This document shows, piece by piece, positions 24,712 to 39,238 of a DNA stretch of 64,000 bases; position 1 is the stretch's first letter; the number at the start of each line of letters is the position of its first letter. The notes beneath the pieces were generated by a model. It worked only from the letters and a program-made list of their open reading frames with translations, did no database searches and was not told where the DNA came from. A program made the position numbers and the translations under genes. The stretch is taken from contig OZ024745.1 of NCBI GenBank assembly GCA_964016885.1, positions 113,646,001 to 113,710,000 on the forward strand, in the 5' to 3' direction. The DNA comes from Eledone cirrhosa. Lineage: Eukaryota.

Positions 24712-27700
24712 GGGGGAGAGAGAAATGTTGCTTTCCAACCAGTTTGTTGAAAGGTAGGTGAGAGAGGCGAGCATGTTCCGGGTGAATCGGCTTTCTCTGA
24801 GTATGCACCTGTAAATTGGAGGAAGACAACTGAGAGAGATCCCTTGCCCTAGCGGTCAAGCTTACCGCGTCTTTTTGTGGGCTTTATCCACAAGTGACCC
24901 TCGGAGAGAGCACTTTTAAGGAATTTGCTATGTTTTGATTTAAAGCATCAACATATTGTCGCTCGACCTGTAAGAAATAGTAGACAAATATTTCTCATAT
25001 CCTTCCGTTTTAAAATGCAACTTGCTTATATAGGTTTCTGATTTATTCATAGTTAGTTTTCATTGTCTAATTATTTTGTACGCTGTTTACTTATTTAATT
25101 ATTTTTTACTATATGTTTTTATATGCTAGGAATCGATGATTCAAACAGTTTGAAATCTCTCGTCTAGACAGGTCAAAGTTGCACTAACAGGATACAAACT
25201 TCATACACCTCAATTGAGTTTCTAATGCATTCTCAACTCAGACATCAGTAACTCCCTTCTAATTCTATATTGACCGCATTTATCCTTTTATCTACGACAT
25301 CCATATTGTTCCGGTACAGAATGTCATTTCGTCAAATGCCGGCCATTTTAACTAAGACTGCCATCTTATGACTGGCGGTGCCATCTTGTTCATTTTCTAT
25401 AACTGTTATCTTGTTTTGTTTAGAAGGGGTTATATTGATGAATTTGTCATCTTGTCGTTTATTCTCGTTTTCCGTATTACATCTTAAAATAAACAAATGA
25501 CGGCGATACTGAATATCATTAAATAAAAACATTGATACATCCAGATCATGTGAGATGAAACAAATGCTATGGAAAGAAAGAATGAATGAAAGAAAAGAAA
25601 GGAAGAAAGACATTTGGTAGAAAACAGAATAAATGATAAATAAAAAGAAAGATAAAAAAGAGGACTTCACGAGGAAGAAAAAAAGAAGGCAGAGAGAGTG
25701 AAAGAGCAAATAAGAGGAAAATGTGGAAAGAAAAAAAGAATGGATATAAAGAAGAAATAATAGAAAAGAAAGTAGAATTAGAAACGGCGTAAATGAAAAG
25801 GAAGAAAAATGAAGATACTGAAGGAAATAGATAAACCAAAAATAAATGGGAGAAGGAAATTAAGGAAGACCTAGACTGTTTTTCACCAAGTTATTTTACA
25901 CAATCATAACAATGGCATTTATGAGAGAGAGAGAGAGAGTTCTCTTGGAATCAGAGGATTTTGTTTGTTCTGGACGGGATTCTTATAATTTGGTTTGAAT
26001 TGGCTTTGTTTAGTTAATTTGGCTTGGTTTGCTATGGTTTCATTTAATCTAGTTTGGGTAATTTCAGTTTTGATTTAGTTAACTTTGGTTTGGTTTGATT
26101 TTGATTTGTCTAGTTTAGTTGATTTAATTTTGCTTAGCACGGTTTAATTTAGATGGATACTGTTTAACTTGAATAGATTGAGATAAGAGTGTTCGATTAT
26201 AACATTTATGATTTGTTGTGCAGCCTAAAATATGATCTGATTGAGTAGATGTGGCATTTAAGTTATGATTGTGTCATTATTGTTTTTTCAGGACTGCATT
26301 ATTCCATGTGCCATTTTTTTTTAAAGACGTTAAGGTGTGGTTTGAAAGAGATTAGATTGTTAACAGGCAGAGTTGCCCTTATTGGCTCGTGTCGAGAATA
26401 TAAGTTAACTGACTAGAAAGACATTAGGAAACATGAAATTACAATTAGAGGATTTCCTTTTACACAAGCAACTATATATTCAGCTTTTTCTTAATTCTCC
26501 TTATGAAACGAATGAATGTCTAGGGAGTGACGAGTAACACCAATTGTACAACGTAAACATTAAACAAAACTAAAGAAAATGTTTGTTTGAAACTTCTCAA
26601 GATGTAAACAGTGTAAATGTCTCTTCCACAAACCTGATTTGAATATTAAAGAGCAAAAAACATTATCCTGTTTTTCTAATTCTATGTCCCTCAATTCTTT
26701 GTGAAATGTTATATATTTTTATGTTTAGCTTCGATTTTGTTTTCATCTGTTTGAAGAAAATATGCTACGACCATAGAATAGATTGTTTGTAGACTTTTAG
26801 TTGTGGGACGTTTGGGATGGAAAGTATTAATGAGAAGATTAAGATCACAGAAAACATTCTTTATTCAGGTGAATTGTGGGTGGATTCAGATTGACAGAAG
26901 GTTCGTAAGATTAATAGTGTTGTTGGGTTGAGTTAGTAAAACCTAGGAAGCTGAAGAAGTTAAATTAGCCCGAATAATTTCAGTGGGTGACATTTAACCG
27001 TTTGATGTGAGTACAGGTGATATAGCTTTTGTTCTCTTTTTTTATAACATGTAAATGAAAGGAGAATTGTATAATTCAGAGATGTGTATAATCCCTAAAC
27101 GTTGGCGATAGATAGGTTCTTCGTGTGTATTTTACCTGTAAATAAAATGGATAGTTTTGACTATGAGGTGATTGTATAACTTTAGAATATGTTCAAAAGA
27201 CAGGTTGGGTCTTGCTAAATGGTTTATTTATTTCTTTGAAACACTTGACACAATTGTGTTTTGCAGCATTAAAAAATGTCTGTGAGAGGGTTTGTGACAA
27301 TTGGTGTCCTCACAGTATTCAAAGGGCTTGGTACTAATAAATATGCTAAATTTAGATTTGAGTTTGTTGAAAACCTTCTACTATAAGCCTTCTGAAATTA
27401 TAGGGTAGGTATAAATATATAAAAGCAATGCACAGATCTATTGGTTATTAAAAGCAGAATGGAAAATACTTCATATGGAAGGTATTCTTAGGATCAAATT
27501 TTCAGAAGTTTATAATCGTATAAAATTGATGAACTTCAGAAGTACGCCAGCATCCTAGTAGCTTGGAGAAAAAAATGATAATAAAAAACATGAGCAAACA
27601 CATTTCGATGGTGGTTCGGTATATTATCTCAAGTGAAAATAGTTTTCATCTTAACTCGGAAAATTATCCAAACATTTCAACATGCTTATGTTGCAAAGTT

Positions 27701-30064
27701 TACTGTTTGAATTCTATCCCAGAAATGAATTATATCCATTCATCTGGCATGAAATGAAGGATGGGACATATATAACTGATACTGTAATATCAGTCGTTTT
27801 AACGAAACTAGAATTTTTTTCAACATGCTGACGCGTATGTGTATGTGTGTATGTGTATATGCATACATTTCTATGTATATAAATATAAACGCGCAAACAG
27901 AGACACACTTACTAAAATACACACTCACAGACATACATTCACACACATACACATGCATTCACACAAACACACACACATACACATACACTCACACACAGCG
28001 TAGCAAATAGAACGCCGATCGCTGTTTTCCTATAGTGTTTTACCAACCCCTTCCTTCCTTTTACACACTCACATTGTGTGACGGATGAAAGTCGCTCAAA
28101 TTTATATATAGATTGTCTATTTGAAGGTTTCTACTGATTCCTAAAAGTTGATAACATTGGTTTCTTCTAAAGTAATCATGTCAATATTTCTATTTTCGGA
28201 GAGGAGTGTACTGAATCCGCCACATACGTATGTTAGTTTTTACTTTACTGACCAAAGATAGATTAAAGTCGTTTTGAGAAAATTCACATAAGCACTAGGT
28301 TAAATTCATAAAGAATTTCTGACACTATAGTGATCTTAGTGATCTGAATAAATTCAATATAATACGTGCTAGAAACCTGGCCAGATACTTAGGTCACCAA
28401 CCGAAAATACCTCACAATTTTGATGATATAGCAGTGAAATAACCTCCAGCTGGTTAATGACAAAGCAGTAAAAGAATAAAAGAAAAAAGAACATCCCTCA
28501 AATCTCTCTTTGCCGTCTTAAACACTTAACACGGATAAGGAAAATCTTAAATAACGCTAACATTAAGGACTGCTCACAGTTAGAATGCTTTCAGTCATAC
28601 TTATATTCGATATATGACTAAACAACAATAACATCACAAGGCCCAGTTGTAACCGGGGTGGGACAAACAACTAAAATTTATAGCTACTATATATCGTATC
28701 CGTATTGGAGGGATGTAAAGCAAAGTCCACTGCTTTGACATTCTAATTTTGGACCAGATAGTTATTCCGGCTATTTGCTCTCACGATATTAGCATTATCA
28801 CTTTCACTTATGTTAATGATTTTTACTATCGATAGTGCTGTTAGGGTGGATAATAATACTGTTGGTATAATATATTTTAATGTCATCAATAACAGCCTTT
28901 CTGTTAATTGTTGTATTTCTATTGTATAAATTACGGTATTGTATTCAGTTAGTGTTACCCTCTCATTTATTGTTGTGACTCCTGTCACAGGGTATCATTG
29001 TATTATCTCTTGTTTTATTTCTTGTTTTACTTCTTGTTGGCTTAAGATTTACCACCTTCTCGTTCTTTTCACCACCCTCTGCTCTAATATTGCTATGACC
29101 ATTGTTATTTGGCCTTTCAATCGTACATTAGTCGTGTTATTGTTGCTGATGAAATTTGAAATACTATTGTTGTCCTAATTTAAGACCATTCCCTACCTCC
29201 TCTGACTCGTCAAATCCCTCGTCTCGTCCATGATTTAAGTAATAACTTAAAGTAATAACACTTTTATTATCTATTTGTTTAGGTTCTTCATTATTCCCAG
29301 GCTCTCCAGAGGAGCATTTGTTTCCAGGATCTGTAAAACAACGCTCTTTATAACCTCCAATAGTCGTCTCCTTATTTTCTTTGCTTCCACGGGAGGAGAC
29401 ACACTTCCCTTAGTCTTCTATGGAAGAAATAATGACATAAAATAACAACATCGAACAAAAATGACAGAAAATGGCTTACGAAGACCATGCATTGTGTTGT
29501 GCCTTTTGCTTGTTTTGTCTTTTGCTAGTTTTGTCTTTTGTTTTTGTTTTCATTGTTTGGTAACATCTAACTAAAATACAAGAGAATAATATTTGCTCAG
29601 ACGCCATTTAAAATTATAGTTGAAACCTTCTATTTCTATGCTCGTTAAAGCAATGAATATCCCGACGCTGGCAAGCAAATCTGTTTTGATATATAGTTAT
29701 TCTTCTTTTATCCATGTTTTCGATGTTGTTGTTTGTGTGTTTGTTCATGTTATATTTTTATTTATGTATTTATTTATTTGTTTAAGGTAAAGCGAAAGTT
29801 TTATTTTTCTTACTTTGACGCTATCTTTTGTCAATGAGTTATTCTCGACCGTCTGTGGGTTTCTTTATATTTAAATAATTATTCGCTTGCAATGGCTGAC
29901 TACAGTAAACACAGAACATTGATTCCTGGATACTGTTTAAGACTAGTAAAGATTGCGTCTTTGAATTCATAGGCTGTATATATTGGGAATGTGTGAGGGT
30001 ATGAGTGAGTTAGCTGGCGTGAATTTGTGAGAATATGTGTATGTATATGTGTACAATGAAATAT

Positions 30065-30235
30065 GTAAGGCGATCTCAGCCTCCAAGAGGTTAGTCCTCT
30101 CTCCCAGACGCACGTCATGTATATCAGAAGATGCTGTTGTGATCGGTTTTAGAAGATCAGCAAAGTATTCTCTCTACCTCGCGAGGATGCACTTCTCTGA
30201 AGAGAGAAACTCCAAACGCATTCCTTATAGGAGGC
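30065..30235 (-). mobile_element. RTE-like LINE internal fragment
   Basis: LSSEKCILAR*REYFADLLKP. Confidence 0.5.
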
Positions 30236-31088
30236 GTGGAGGTGTGGCGTGATGTTGTGTGATGCTAATGGAGTTGTAGAATAAGAGGTTTAATGGTGAC
30301 GGGTTGGTATGCTGTGTGTGTGAATGAGTTGACTTGATTTGACTTGTTGTGTAACATTTAGTTATGATTGGTTCAACACTCAATGCCAATGTGAGCCAGG
30401 TTGCAGATGTGTTATTCTACGTTTGGTATTTCAGAATCTTGAACGATCGATACTGATTGTACCTTGAGTTGATCAATTGCGAAACGCGCGTTACACGTGA
30501 ATAAACATACTGATACTATATTGGCACCTCGTTTATACTCCTTATTATTATTCTTATAAATATGGATGGTGGTATGTGAGTGTGGGTGTGGGTGTTTGTG
30601 TGTACGCTTGTGAATATATATCTGTACACGTATTCTAGCAGCTAGCTCACATTCTACAAATGTTTAAACAACGTAAATAAATCGGAATCAAGCGATACTA
30701 ATTCGCCATGATATTGCTTTAACGCTGTTCAAATAGTGATTGCTTTTGCTCTTGTCCTTTAAACATATTTGACTAGGGTCTTCCCTGCCCCATTCACAGT
30801 TGTTAGTAAAGTGTCTACTCTCCCTCCCTTTTACACTCACCATCATCGTTATTGTCATTGTCATCATCATCAATATTATTATTATCATATTGCCGAAACG
30901 ATCAGTTATCTATTTAGGATTTAATGACACTGCTATTGTGCTATTTAAAAGTGATTGGTCGTCAAGTAAAAACCGAACTTTTATAGAAGAGGGTTTACAC
31001 AGCTGAGTGACGTCACAGTTATTTTGTGTTTCTCCTTCTTTCACTGTTACCTCTATATTTATGTAACTATCAATATTTTACTTCCCCC

Positions 31089-31138
<50 letters not shown>

Positions 31139-31505
31139 TTCTTTTCTCCCCTTTCTCTTTCTTTGTCTCTCTCTCCATATATATATATATACATACATAC
31201 ATATATATTTGTATTTGCGTGTATGTATATGTATGTGTGTGTGTATGTGTGTATCTAGATATCTGTGTGTATATGTGTGTGTGAGGGTGGCTGGGCTGGG
31301 GTGGGTTAGGTTTGTAGAAAAATACACATACATCCAATACCCACACACTTGCAAGGTACAAGCAGAAAATCGTCTGATATGCAAATAGCATACGTGTTTT
31401 TTTCAAGTTGTCTTTCACTTTACTCATTCTCTCCCCACTTTCTCTTCCCCCTCTCCTCTTTTATTTCCTCTTTCTCACCGACACATTTATACACTCACTC
31501 ACTCA

Positions 31506-31651
<146 letters not shown>

Positions 31652-31774
31652 TAGAGATATATATACGCACAAGCACACTATCATACATGCACTTGTTTGG
31701 CGAATAAGGAAATAAACTTGACAATATGCCACTCCTTTTTGAATCTCATGTTGTCTCTCTTTCTCTCTCTCTCA

Positions 31775-31805
<31 letters not shown>

Positions 31806-32269
31806 ATCTATCTATCTATCTATTTATCTATTTATCTCTTTCTCTCTCTCTCTCTCACTCTCTCTCTATCTATCTATCTATCTATCTAATCTATCTATCT
31901 ATCTATTTATCTCTTTCTCTCTCTCTCTCTGTGACTTTCTCCTAGTTATTCCCTTATGTGTCAACCCTTTCCCAACGCAACACTTGGTAGAGTGGAGGCG
32001 ACATCAATAAAAACCCTACTACTTCACTATCAAAGCTAAAGAACAACAGCAACAACAACAATAGCGACAAAAGTGGTCACAACAGTTGTAAAATCAGCAA
32101 AGCAAAAACAGAAATAAAGACTACATCATAAAACAATTCAAACAAATCAATATACAAAAATGGCGACCTCATACCGAAGCTCTCTCCACACACACTCTCT
32201 ATTTATCTTTCATTCTATCTTTCTGGTTCTCTCTCTGCCTCTTTCTCTATCATTCCCGCTTCTCTTTCT

Positions 32270-32312
<43 letters not shown>

Positions 32313-32419
32313 CTCTCTCTCTCTCTCTTTCTCGTTATATATAAGTAATATATACATATATATATATATATATATAATTATATATATACAAACATACAAG
32401 TAAATATATATATATATAC

Positions 32420-32499
<80 letters not shown>

Positions 32500-32533
32500 T
32501 TATATACATATTATATATATATATATATACATT

Positions 32534-32580
<47 letters not shown>

Positions 32581-33181
32581 TTATATACATATTATTATAT
32601 ATATATATATATATATACATTTATATACATATTATATATATACATATACTGTGTGTGTGTGTGTGGTGTGTGTGTGTGTGTGTGTTTGTGCATGCAAACA
32701 CACACGTGTATGCATACATACTAAGGTTGATACACTTTAACGATAAAGAGGAATTGAAAACCACTTTCGTTCTTAGAGCAAAGTTAAGTGTCTTGTGAAG
32801 ATGGTGGATCATGTGATCAGCTGCTGTCTAAAATATTTAATGTATCACCAGAAGATGACATTTAATTCGATATAGTCTGTTGATAATTCTATTAGCATTG
32901 CACACAAATCATACCGCCTGTTTTGCAACACGTCACTATACCATGATACCCCCTTCTTCAACAAAAGGCTCCAGCTTTTCAATCCCTCGGACATCTCGGA
33001 CTAACTTAATTTCAAATGAGCGTGTTTTTGCGAATCGCTCTCAATCAGACATGAGGGAGAGAGTCATGGAAAACAAGTGAGTGGGAGTGGAAACGCTCGT
33101 GTCAGTGGGGGGGGCGTGTGTGTGTGTGTGTGTGTGTGCGTGCGTGTGTGTGTGTGTATGTGTGTGTGTGTGTGTGTGTGC

Positions 33182-33287
<106 letters not shown>

Positions 33288-33366
33288 AAGAGAGAGAAAG
33301 AGAGAAGGAAGAGGAGAGAGAGAGAGATCAGGAGAGCAAAATGATAAGAGGAACGAATTAGTATGT

Positions 33367-33411
<45 letters not shown>

Positions 33412-34301
33412 AGAGAGAGAGAGAGAGAGAGAGGTATATAGGGAGGGAGAAAAAGGTTGGTGGAGAATATATGGTGATGTGTTGTGTTGTGTAGTAGTGT
33501 GATATCGAATAATGTGGTGTGGTGGTAGTGTGGTGGTGGTAATGGAGTGGTAGAATAAGAGGTTTAATGGTGACGGGTTGGTATGCTGTGTGTGTGAATG
33601 AGTTGACTTGATTTGGCTCGATTGCGCCGTGAAAAGTTCGCCCCTCGTGGATTAAATTCAAATGTAATTAGAGCAAATCCCCGTTTCGCCCGTAGAGAAC
33701 AAATTGTGTTTGCCTTATAAAGAAATTGAATATGTGTATGTGTGGTGGTGATGGCGGTGATGGCGGTGAAGAAGGTGGTAAGGAAGTGTCGATGAACGTA
33801 AGGTTGGATGGATTGGTGGATAGGAAGGGGGGGGGTATGGGAAGAAGAAGAAGAAGAAGAAGAAGAAGAAGAAGAAGAAGAAGAAGAAGAAGAAGAAGAA
33901 ATGGCGATGAACAAGTTAATGAGGACGTTGTATTGTTATATTGTTGTTGTTGCTTTTGTTGATGGTGGCTGTGATGTGTTTTATTACCTGGGCCGGAGTA
34001 TGTAGTAGCAATAGTGTTGCTGTTGTGATGATATTTTGTTGTTCTGTTGTTTATTAATCCCAGGTCAATAATAATTGAGCATATGTATGATCAAACGCTT
34101 TCTAGCCGTGACCACCCAGCTCGTTTATTTTTTAGGAATAGTGTATCCATGACTACATTATTCAAAATGTATTTCATTTTATGAGACGATACAGTTTGAA
34201 TTGGGAAAATTTGGTTGTTATTTCTTGCATGGTGAACAACTACCTCTCTGGGTCGAACTCCCTCGCTGGTAGGTAAGGTACTTCTGGTATTCTTTTCTGA
34301 T

Positions 34302-34482
34302 TTGGCAGAATCAGTAGAGGGTCGGGCGCTATGCTTTGTAGCACATATTTACGGCCCTTTAAAGTCTGAGTTCAAAACCTACCGAGGTTAACTTTGCCTT
34401 TCATCCTCACGAGGTCGATAAAATAAAGTAGCAGTAATGCACTGGGATAATTGCTGGCCTTGTGCCAAAAGTAGAAACTATA
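34302..34482 (+). mobile_element. SINE S1 copy
   Basis: Homologous to 5677-5861. Confidence 0.85.
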
Positions 34483-34779
34483 TTATAGGATGTTGACATT
34501 GCTTTCAAATTGTAGGCCATTCCTGATGAAGCAACCCCAAATAGACAATGGCATGCCAGCTTTGGCCATTCTGTCTTAGGATTATCTAGGAATAGATGTT
34601 GTTATTAGTGATGGCGTAATACTTGGGATGTTCCCAGATCAGCACTAGTTGAGCAGAATTTTGTCCAAATGCATCCTATCTTATTTTCAAGTATAATTGT
34701 ATAATGTATCTAAAACAACTCATCCAACGCTTGCTTCCTCTTTTAAGACAGTGAGGTGCAAACTGAGTGTAATTTCGCT

Positions 34780-35175
34780 GTGCGGTAACCTGGTGCCGTC
34801 TGCGACTAACTCAGGTTCTGCCGAACTTCGGGCTGAGGAGGGTAAACTCTCTAAGTATCGGTCACTCTCCGACAGGTTTGCAGTCGAGTCCCTAGCATTG
34901 GAGACTTCTGGTGTCTTTGGCCCTAGGGCTACCTCCCTACTCACCACCATAGGCGCTGAGCTGGTTAGCCAAAGGTGTGAGCCTCGCAAGATGGAATGGC
35001 CCTTCCAGGGCATCTCCCTTACCATTTTCCGGGGAAACGCCTTCTCGATTCTGTCCACCAGGGCCGTGGGGCGGCCAGCACGTTGGACCCCATTTGCTCA
35101 TAATAGAGGGAGATGGTGAGGGCGACAGAGATGGAGGCGATGACAGTGGGAGTTCGGCTCTTCTGTGTTCGGACA
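34780..35175 (+). mobile_element. CRE-like (RLE) non-LTR 3' end
   Basis: AEEGKLSKYRSLSDRF..LALETSGVFGP...ISLTIFRGNAFSIL; paralog of 10076-10395. Confidence 0.75.
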
Positions 35176-36446
35176 ACTACTAGTACTAACATAATTTTGT
35201 ATCGTAATCCCCACCACTTACATCACTCTTTCGTAACCGTTGTCGAAACCAACTCCAGCACTACCTCAACTATCAAAACTACCTCAACCAACACAACGAC
35301 ATCAACCACTACTATTTCATTAGCCCGACTATCACACCTTCAACGGGGTACCGACACCAGCCACACCACATCTATAATACTACCATTGCTACCACCACCA
35401 CCACCACCACCAAGAAAAACAACAATAACAACAACGCCATTGACAATCCTCCCAACACCATTACCACTACAAACACCAGCACTACCCACATCCCCCAACA
35501 ACAAAAAACAAACATCACCACCAGCAATATCACTTACTCTGCCGTCATTACCGAGAGCTACTAACCTTACGACTACAACAAACAACACTAACAGCTACAC
35601 TACCACCATACTCACTACCATTGCCATCTTGCCCCCTCGTCCCCTCGCCACCTCGCTATCTCACCACCTCGCCTCCTCGCCTTCACCACTATCACGAACA
35701 TGTCTTACTTAATTCATTCATAATCTTTTATTACAATACAACGGCTGACTTGATTTTCAATTTGACGAGTAAATCTATAGAATTCCTCCCGCGGGACGGA
35801 GATGTATTGTCCAGAGTTTTTCATAAGACCTCACTCCTATTCATCACATTGTCAACGTTCACTTCCCATATGTGAAGAAGGGGGTTGAAAAATAATATTG
35901 AAGGGACAAAAATGTTAGGGATCGCCATTGACACTAAAAAAAAATATAAAGTAAAACAGAACTAACGTCCACCAATTCTGCATTGACACTATAATTGCCT
36001 TACTTAACCAGTTTCTCTCTACTGATGTATGTATGTATGTATGTATGTATGTATGTATATATGTATGTATGTATGTATGTATATGTGTGTGTATGTATGT
36101 ATGTATGTATGTATGTATGTATGTATGTATGTATGTATGTGTGTATGTGTATGTATGTGTGTATGTATGTGTGTATGTATGTATATATGTATGTATGTGT
36201 GTATGTATGTATGTTGTGTGTATGTATGTATGTGTGTATGTATATGTGTGTGTATGTATGTATGTATGTATGTATGTGTGTATGTATGTATGTATGTATG
36301 TGTGTATGTATGTATGTATGTATGTATGTATGTGTGTATGTATGTATTTATTATGTGTGTGTGTATGTATGTATTTATTATGTATGTGTGTATGTATGTA
36401 TGTATGTATGTATGTATGTATGTATGTATGTATGTATGTATGTATG

Positions 36447-36892
36447 TTTTCTCTTTCTCTTAATTTTGAGTATATTTTTTGACCGGCCACCTTCCTGGTG
36501 GCAAGGTTGTAAAAGAAAAGAAATTGTCATCCCTTGAATCGCAAGAATGTTTTGCAAATTTTGAAGGTGCCAGCTATCGCAGCCATTTGTAGACTATGAA
36601 TTAGGGAGCTGCGCTTTTTGTCCGCAAATCCAAGTTCAGTCATACTTTGGTCCAAGCGGGTTGGTATATAACCCGTAGCACCATAATGATGGGTATGAAG
36701 CTAAAGGTGTATCTTGGATACTGGATTTGTAAACTCCTCATCAATGGTCCGTAGATGTCCTCCTTCTCCTGTATTTTTCTGACAACCTTTACATCAAGTG
36801 GGCAGCTGATCTCCACAACAGAACACGTTTTCAATGTGTGGTCCCAAACTACAATATCAGGCCGGTTGTGCTTTAATTTGGTGGCAGTTTTT
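36447..36892 (-). mobile_element. R4/Dong-like restriction-like endonuclease 3' fragment inside (CATA)n
   Basis: HNRPDIVVWD..CSVVEISCPLDV..KIQEKEDIY (PD-(D/E)xK type); (CATA)n on both sides. Confidence 0.85.
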
Positions 36893-37072
36893 ATGTATGT
36901 ATGTATGTATGTATGTATGTATGTATGTATGTATGTATGTATGTATGTATGCATGTGTGTGTGCATGTATGTATGTGTGTATGTATCTATGTATGCATAT
37001 AGTTCAAGAAATGTCAAGACAAACAGAAAGATGTAAATGTACAAATTCTTATTAGTTTCAAACTAGGAGAGG

Positions 37073-37109
37073 ATTTGACGTTTCGGACATAAATCCCTCT
37101 TCAGGAAAT
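37073..37109 (-). ncRNA. Minimal hammerhead ribozyme, family F
   Basis: AUUU-c-CUGAAGA-GGG-AUUUAUG-UCC-GAAAC-GUC-AAAU, with a loopless palindromic stem III (ACGU). Confidence 0.7.
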
Positions 37110-37308
37110 GGAAAGTTCAGAGAGAGAAATACATGCATACATACAGACAAGCAAGCCTATAAGTATATATATATATATATATTTATATTTACTTACTGTG
37201 GTTACCCCCGATTGAACTCGGGATAAACTATATATGTATATATATTTATGTATGTATGTATATATGTATGTATGTATATATGTATGTATGTATATACATG
37301 CTTGCATG

Positions 37309-37371
<63 letters not shown>

Positions 37372-38333
37372 GCATGCATGCATATACATACATACATATA
37401 TACATACATATATACATACATATATACATACATAAATACATACATACCTACTTACATACATACATACATTCAAACATACATACATATATGTGTGTGCGTG
37501 TTCACGTGGATGTGTTGTAGTGTGCGATTCGCTTGATAAGATTATATTTGTGACTTAGAAAGTCTATACATCTTAATGTATGTCTACACGATTGGAGTTC
37601 CACTTTGCTGTTTATTTATGTGTTTATTTATATTGTGTAACAGACCAAATCTTACCCCCACTTATGGGTCAAACCTTTCCTATTGTCATAAAAACCTCCC
37701 ATACTTTAGCTTTCAACTTTTCTTCCTCCCTTCCCTCGTTGTCCATCTTTATTACTTTATTACAATTGCTGAGGATAAGAAAGGAATGAACTATAGGAAG
37801 AAACAAAATAAAGAAAAGAGGGGAAAAGAAAAGAAAAAAAAAGAAAAGGCAGAAATTAACAGGAGAAATCATTTGTTGTCGGATGTAGGGATTGTGAGGG
37901 ATAGAAATAGAAAGAGAAATAGTGCTCAATATATAAAAATAAAGCTAACCCACGTGATCTGTCGTCTGCTGTTGACCAGAAATAAGACAGAATTGAACAA
38001 GGGCTTGATGAATTCTAGTAGTAATCTAGATTTCAGCTGTCCATCCATCAGTGATAATCCAATAAAATAACCAATCAAAAGATGACCATTCAGCTATACA
38101 TTAGACGGCCATCTGTATTGTTTCCTCAACAAGTGATATCAGCAGCCATTGACTTTATTTTCTTTGCATAATCAGGAGACCAATCGACGTAATGGCCTCT
38201 CCGAATGGACAACGATCATAATGAAATCGTAAATCTGCTGAAAAAGACTTTTTCAGTCAATCTTTTTCTCCTTCATTATTCTTCCTCTTCCCACTCTTTT
38301 TCTTTTTTCTTCTGTATTCCTGTATTTGTACCA

Positions 38334-38364
<31 letters not shown>

Positions 38365-38422
38365 TTATCAAACCCAACCACACATACATACACATAGAGA
38401 CACACATATACACATACATACA

Positions 38423-38494
<72 letters not shown>

Positions 38495-38498
<4 letters not shown>

Positions 38499-39190
38499 AA
38501 AGAATAGAGGTGTAACACACGAGTCGTGATAAAAGGAAAAGAAAATGCTGACAAATTGTTCCCAGTGAAAAATAGTTTAATTAGGAATAAGTAAAAATTA
38601 GTAATAAGCATTGGTTAGTATTCAGTTTTGGTTTTAAGTTTTTACCGCTTGCGCATTTCTAATGCTTTTCAAAAATAATTTTGAGATAGAGCGCCCGTGA
38701 TGTTTGTTCTAATCTGATCAGTTTTGGAAATTCTACCTGTTTTATGTGAAAAAAAGTGGCTCCAGAGGTATTAAAATAAGTTTCGCGCCAATTCGTGTTG
38801 CAAAAATTCTTGTGGTCAAAACAATTTTGATTGGTCGGTAGAGGTCACGTGAATGTTAAAAATTGATTTTGCGCCAAATGTAGGTTTGTCGAAGAGTGTC
38901 TTTTTTCGCCTGATTGAGAAGTCACTGAAAAAATAAGTCTTTTAAGACAAATATGTGTGTGTGTGTGTGTAGTAAAGAGGTTCTTTGTTGTGATAATGGT
39001 CAGTAGGGATGTGTGTGTGAATTGCAGTCATGTTGAAAGGTCAACAGTTCAGGTGCCTATTAAGACAAATATGTGTGTGTGTATGTGTAGTAAAGAGGTT
39101 CATTGTTGTGATAATGGTCAGTAGGGATGTGTGTGTGAATTGCAGTCATGTTGACAGGTCAACAGTTTAGGTGCCTATTAAGACAAATAT

Positions 39191-39238
<48 letters not shown>

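Noticed and set aside
26560-27560. Long stretch resembling decayed coding sequence
   Set aside because: I could not recover a diagnostic motif in any frame.
34515-34552. GCCAUU-c-CUGAUGA...AAUGGC
   Set aside because: It has stem I-like pairing but no GAAA and no UH site.
38942-39192. Regularly spaced repeats as a possible CRISPR array
   Set aside because: Whole units are duplicated with no unique spacers, the context is eukaryotic and there are no cas genes.
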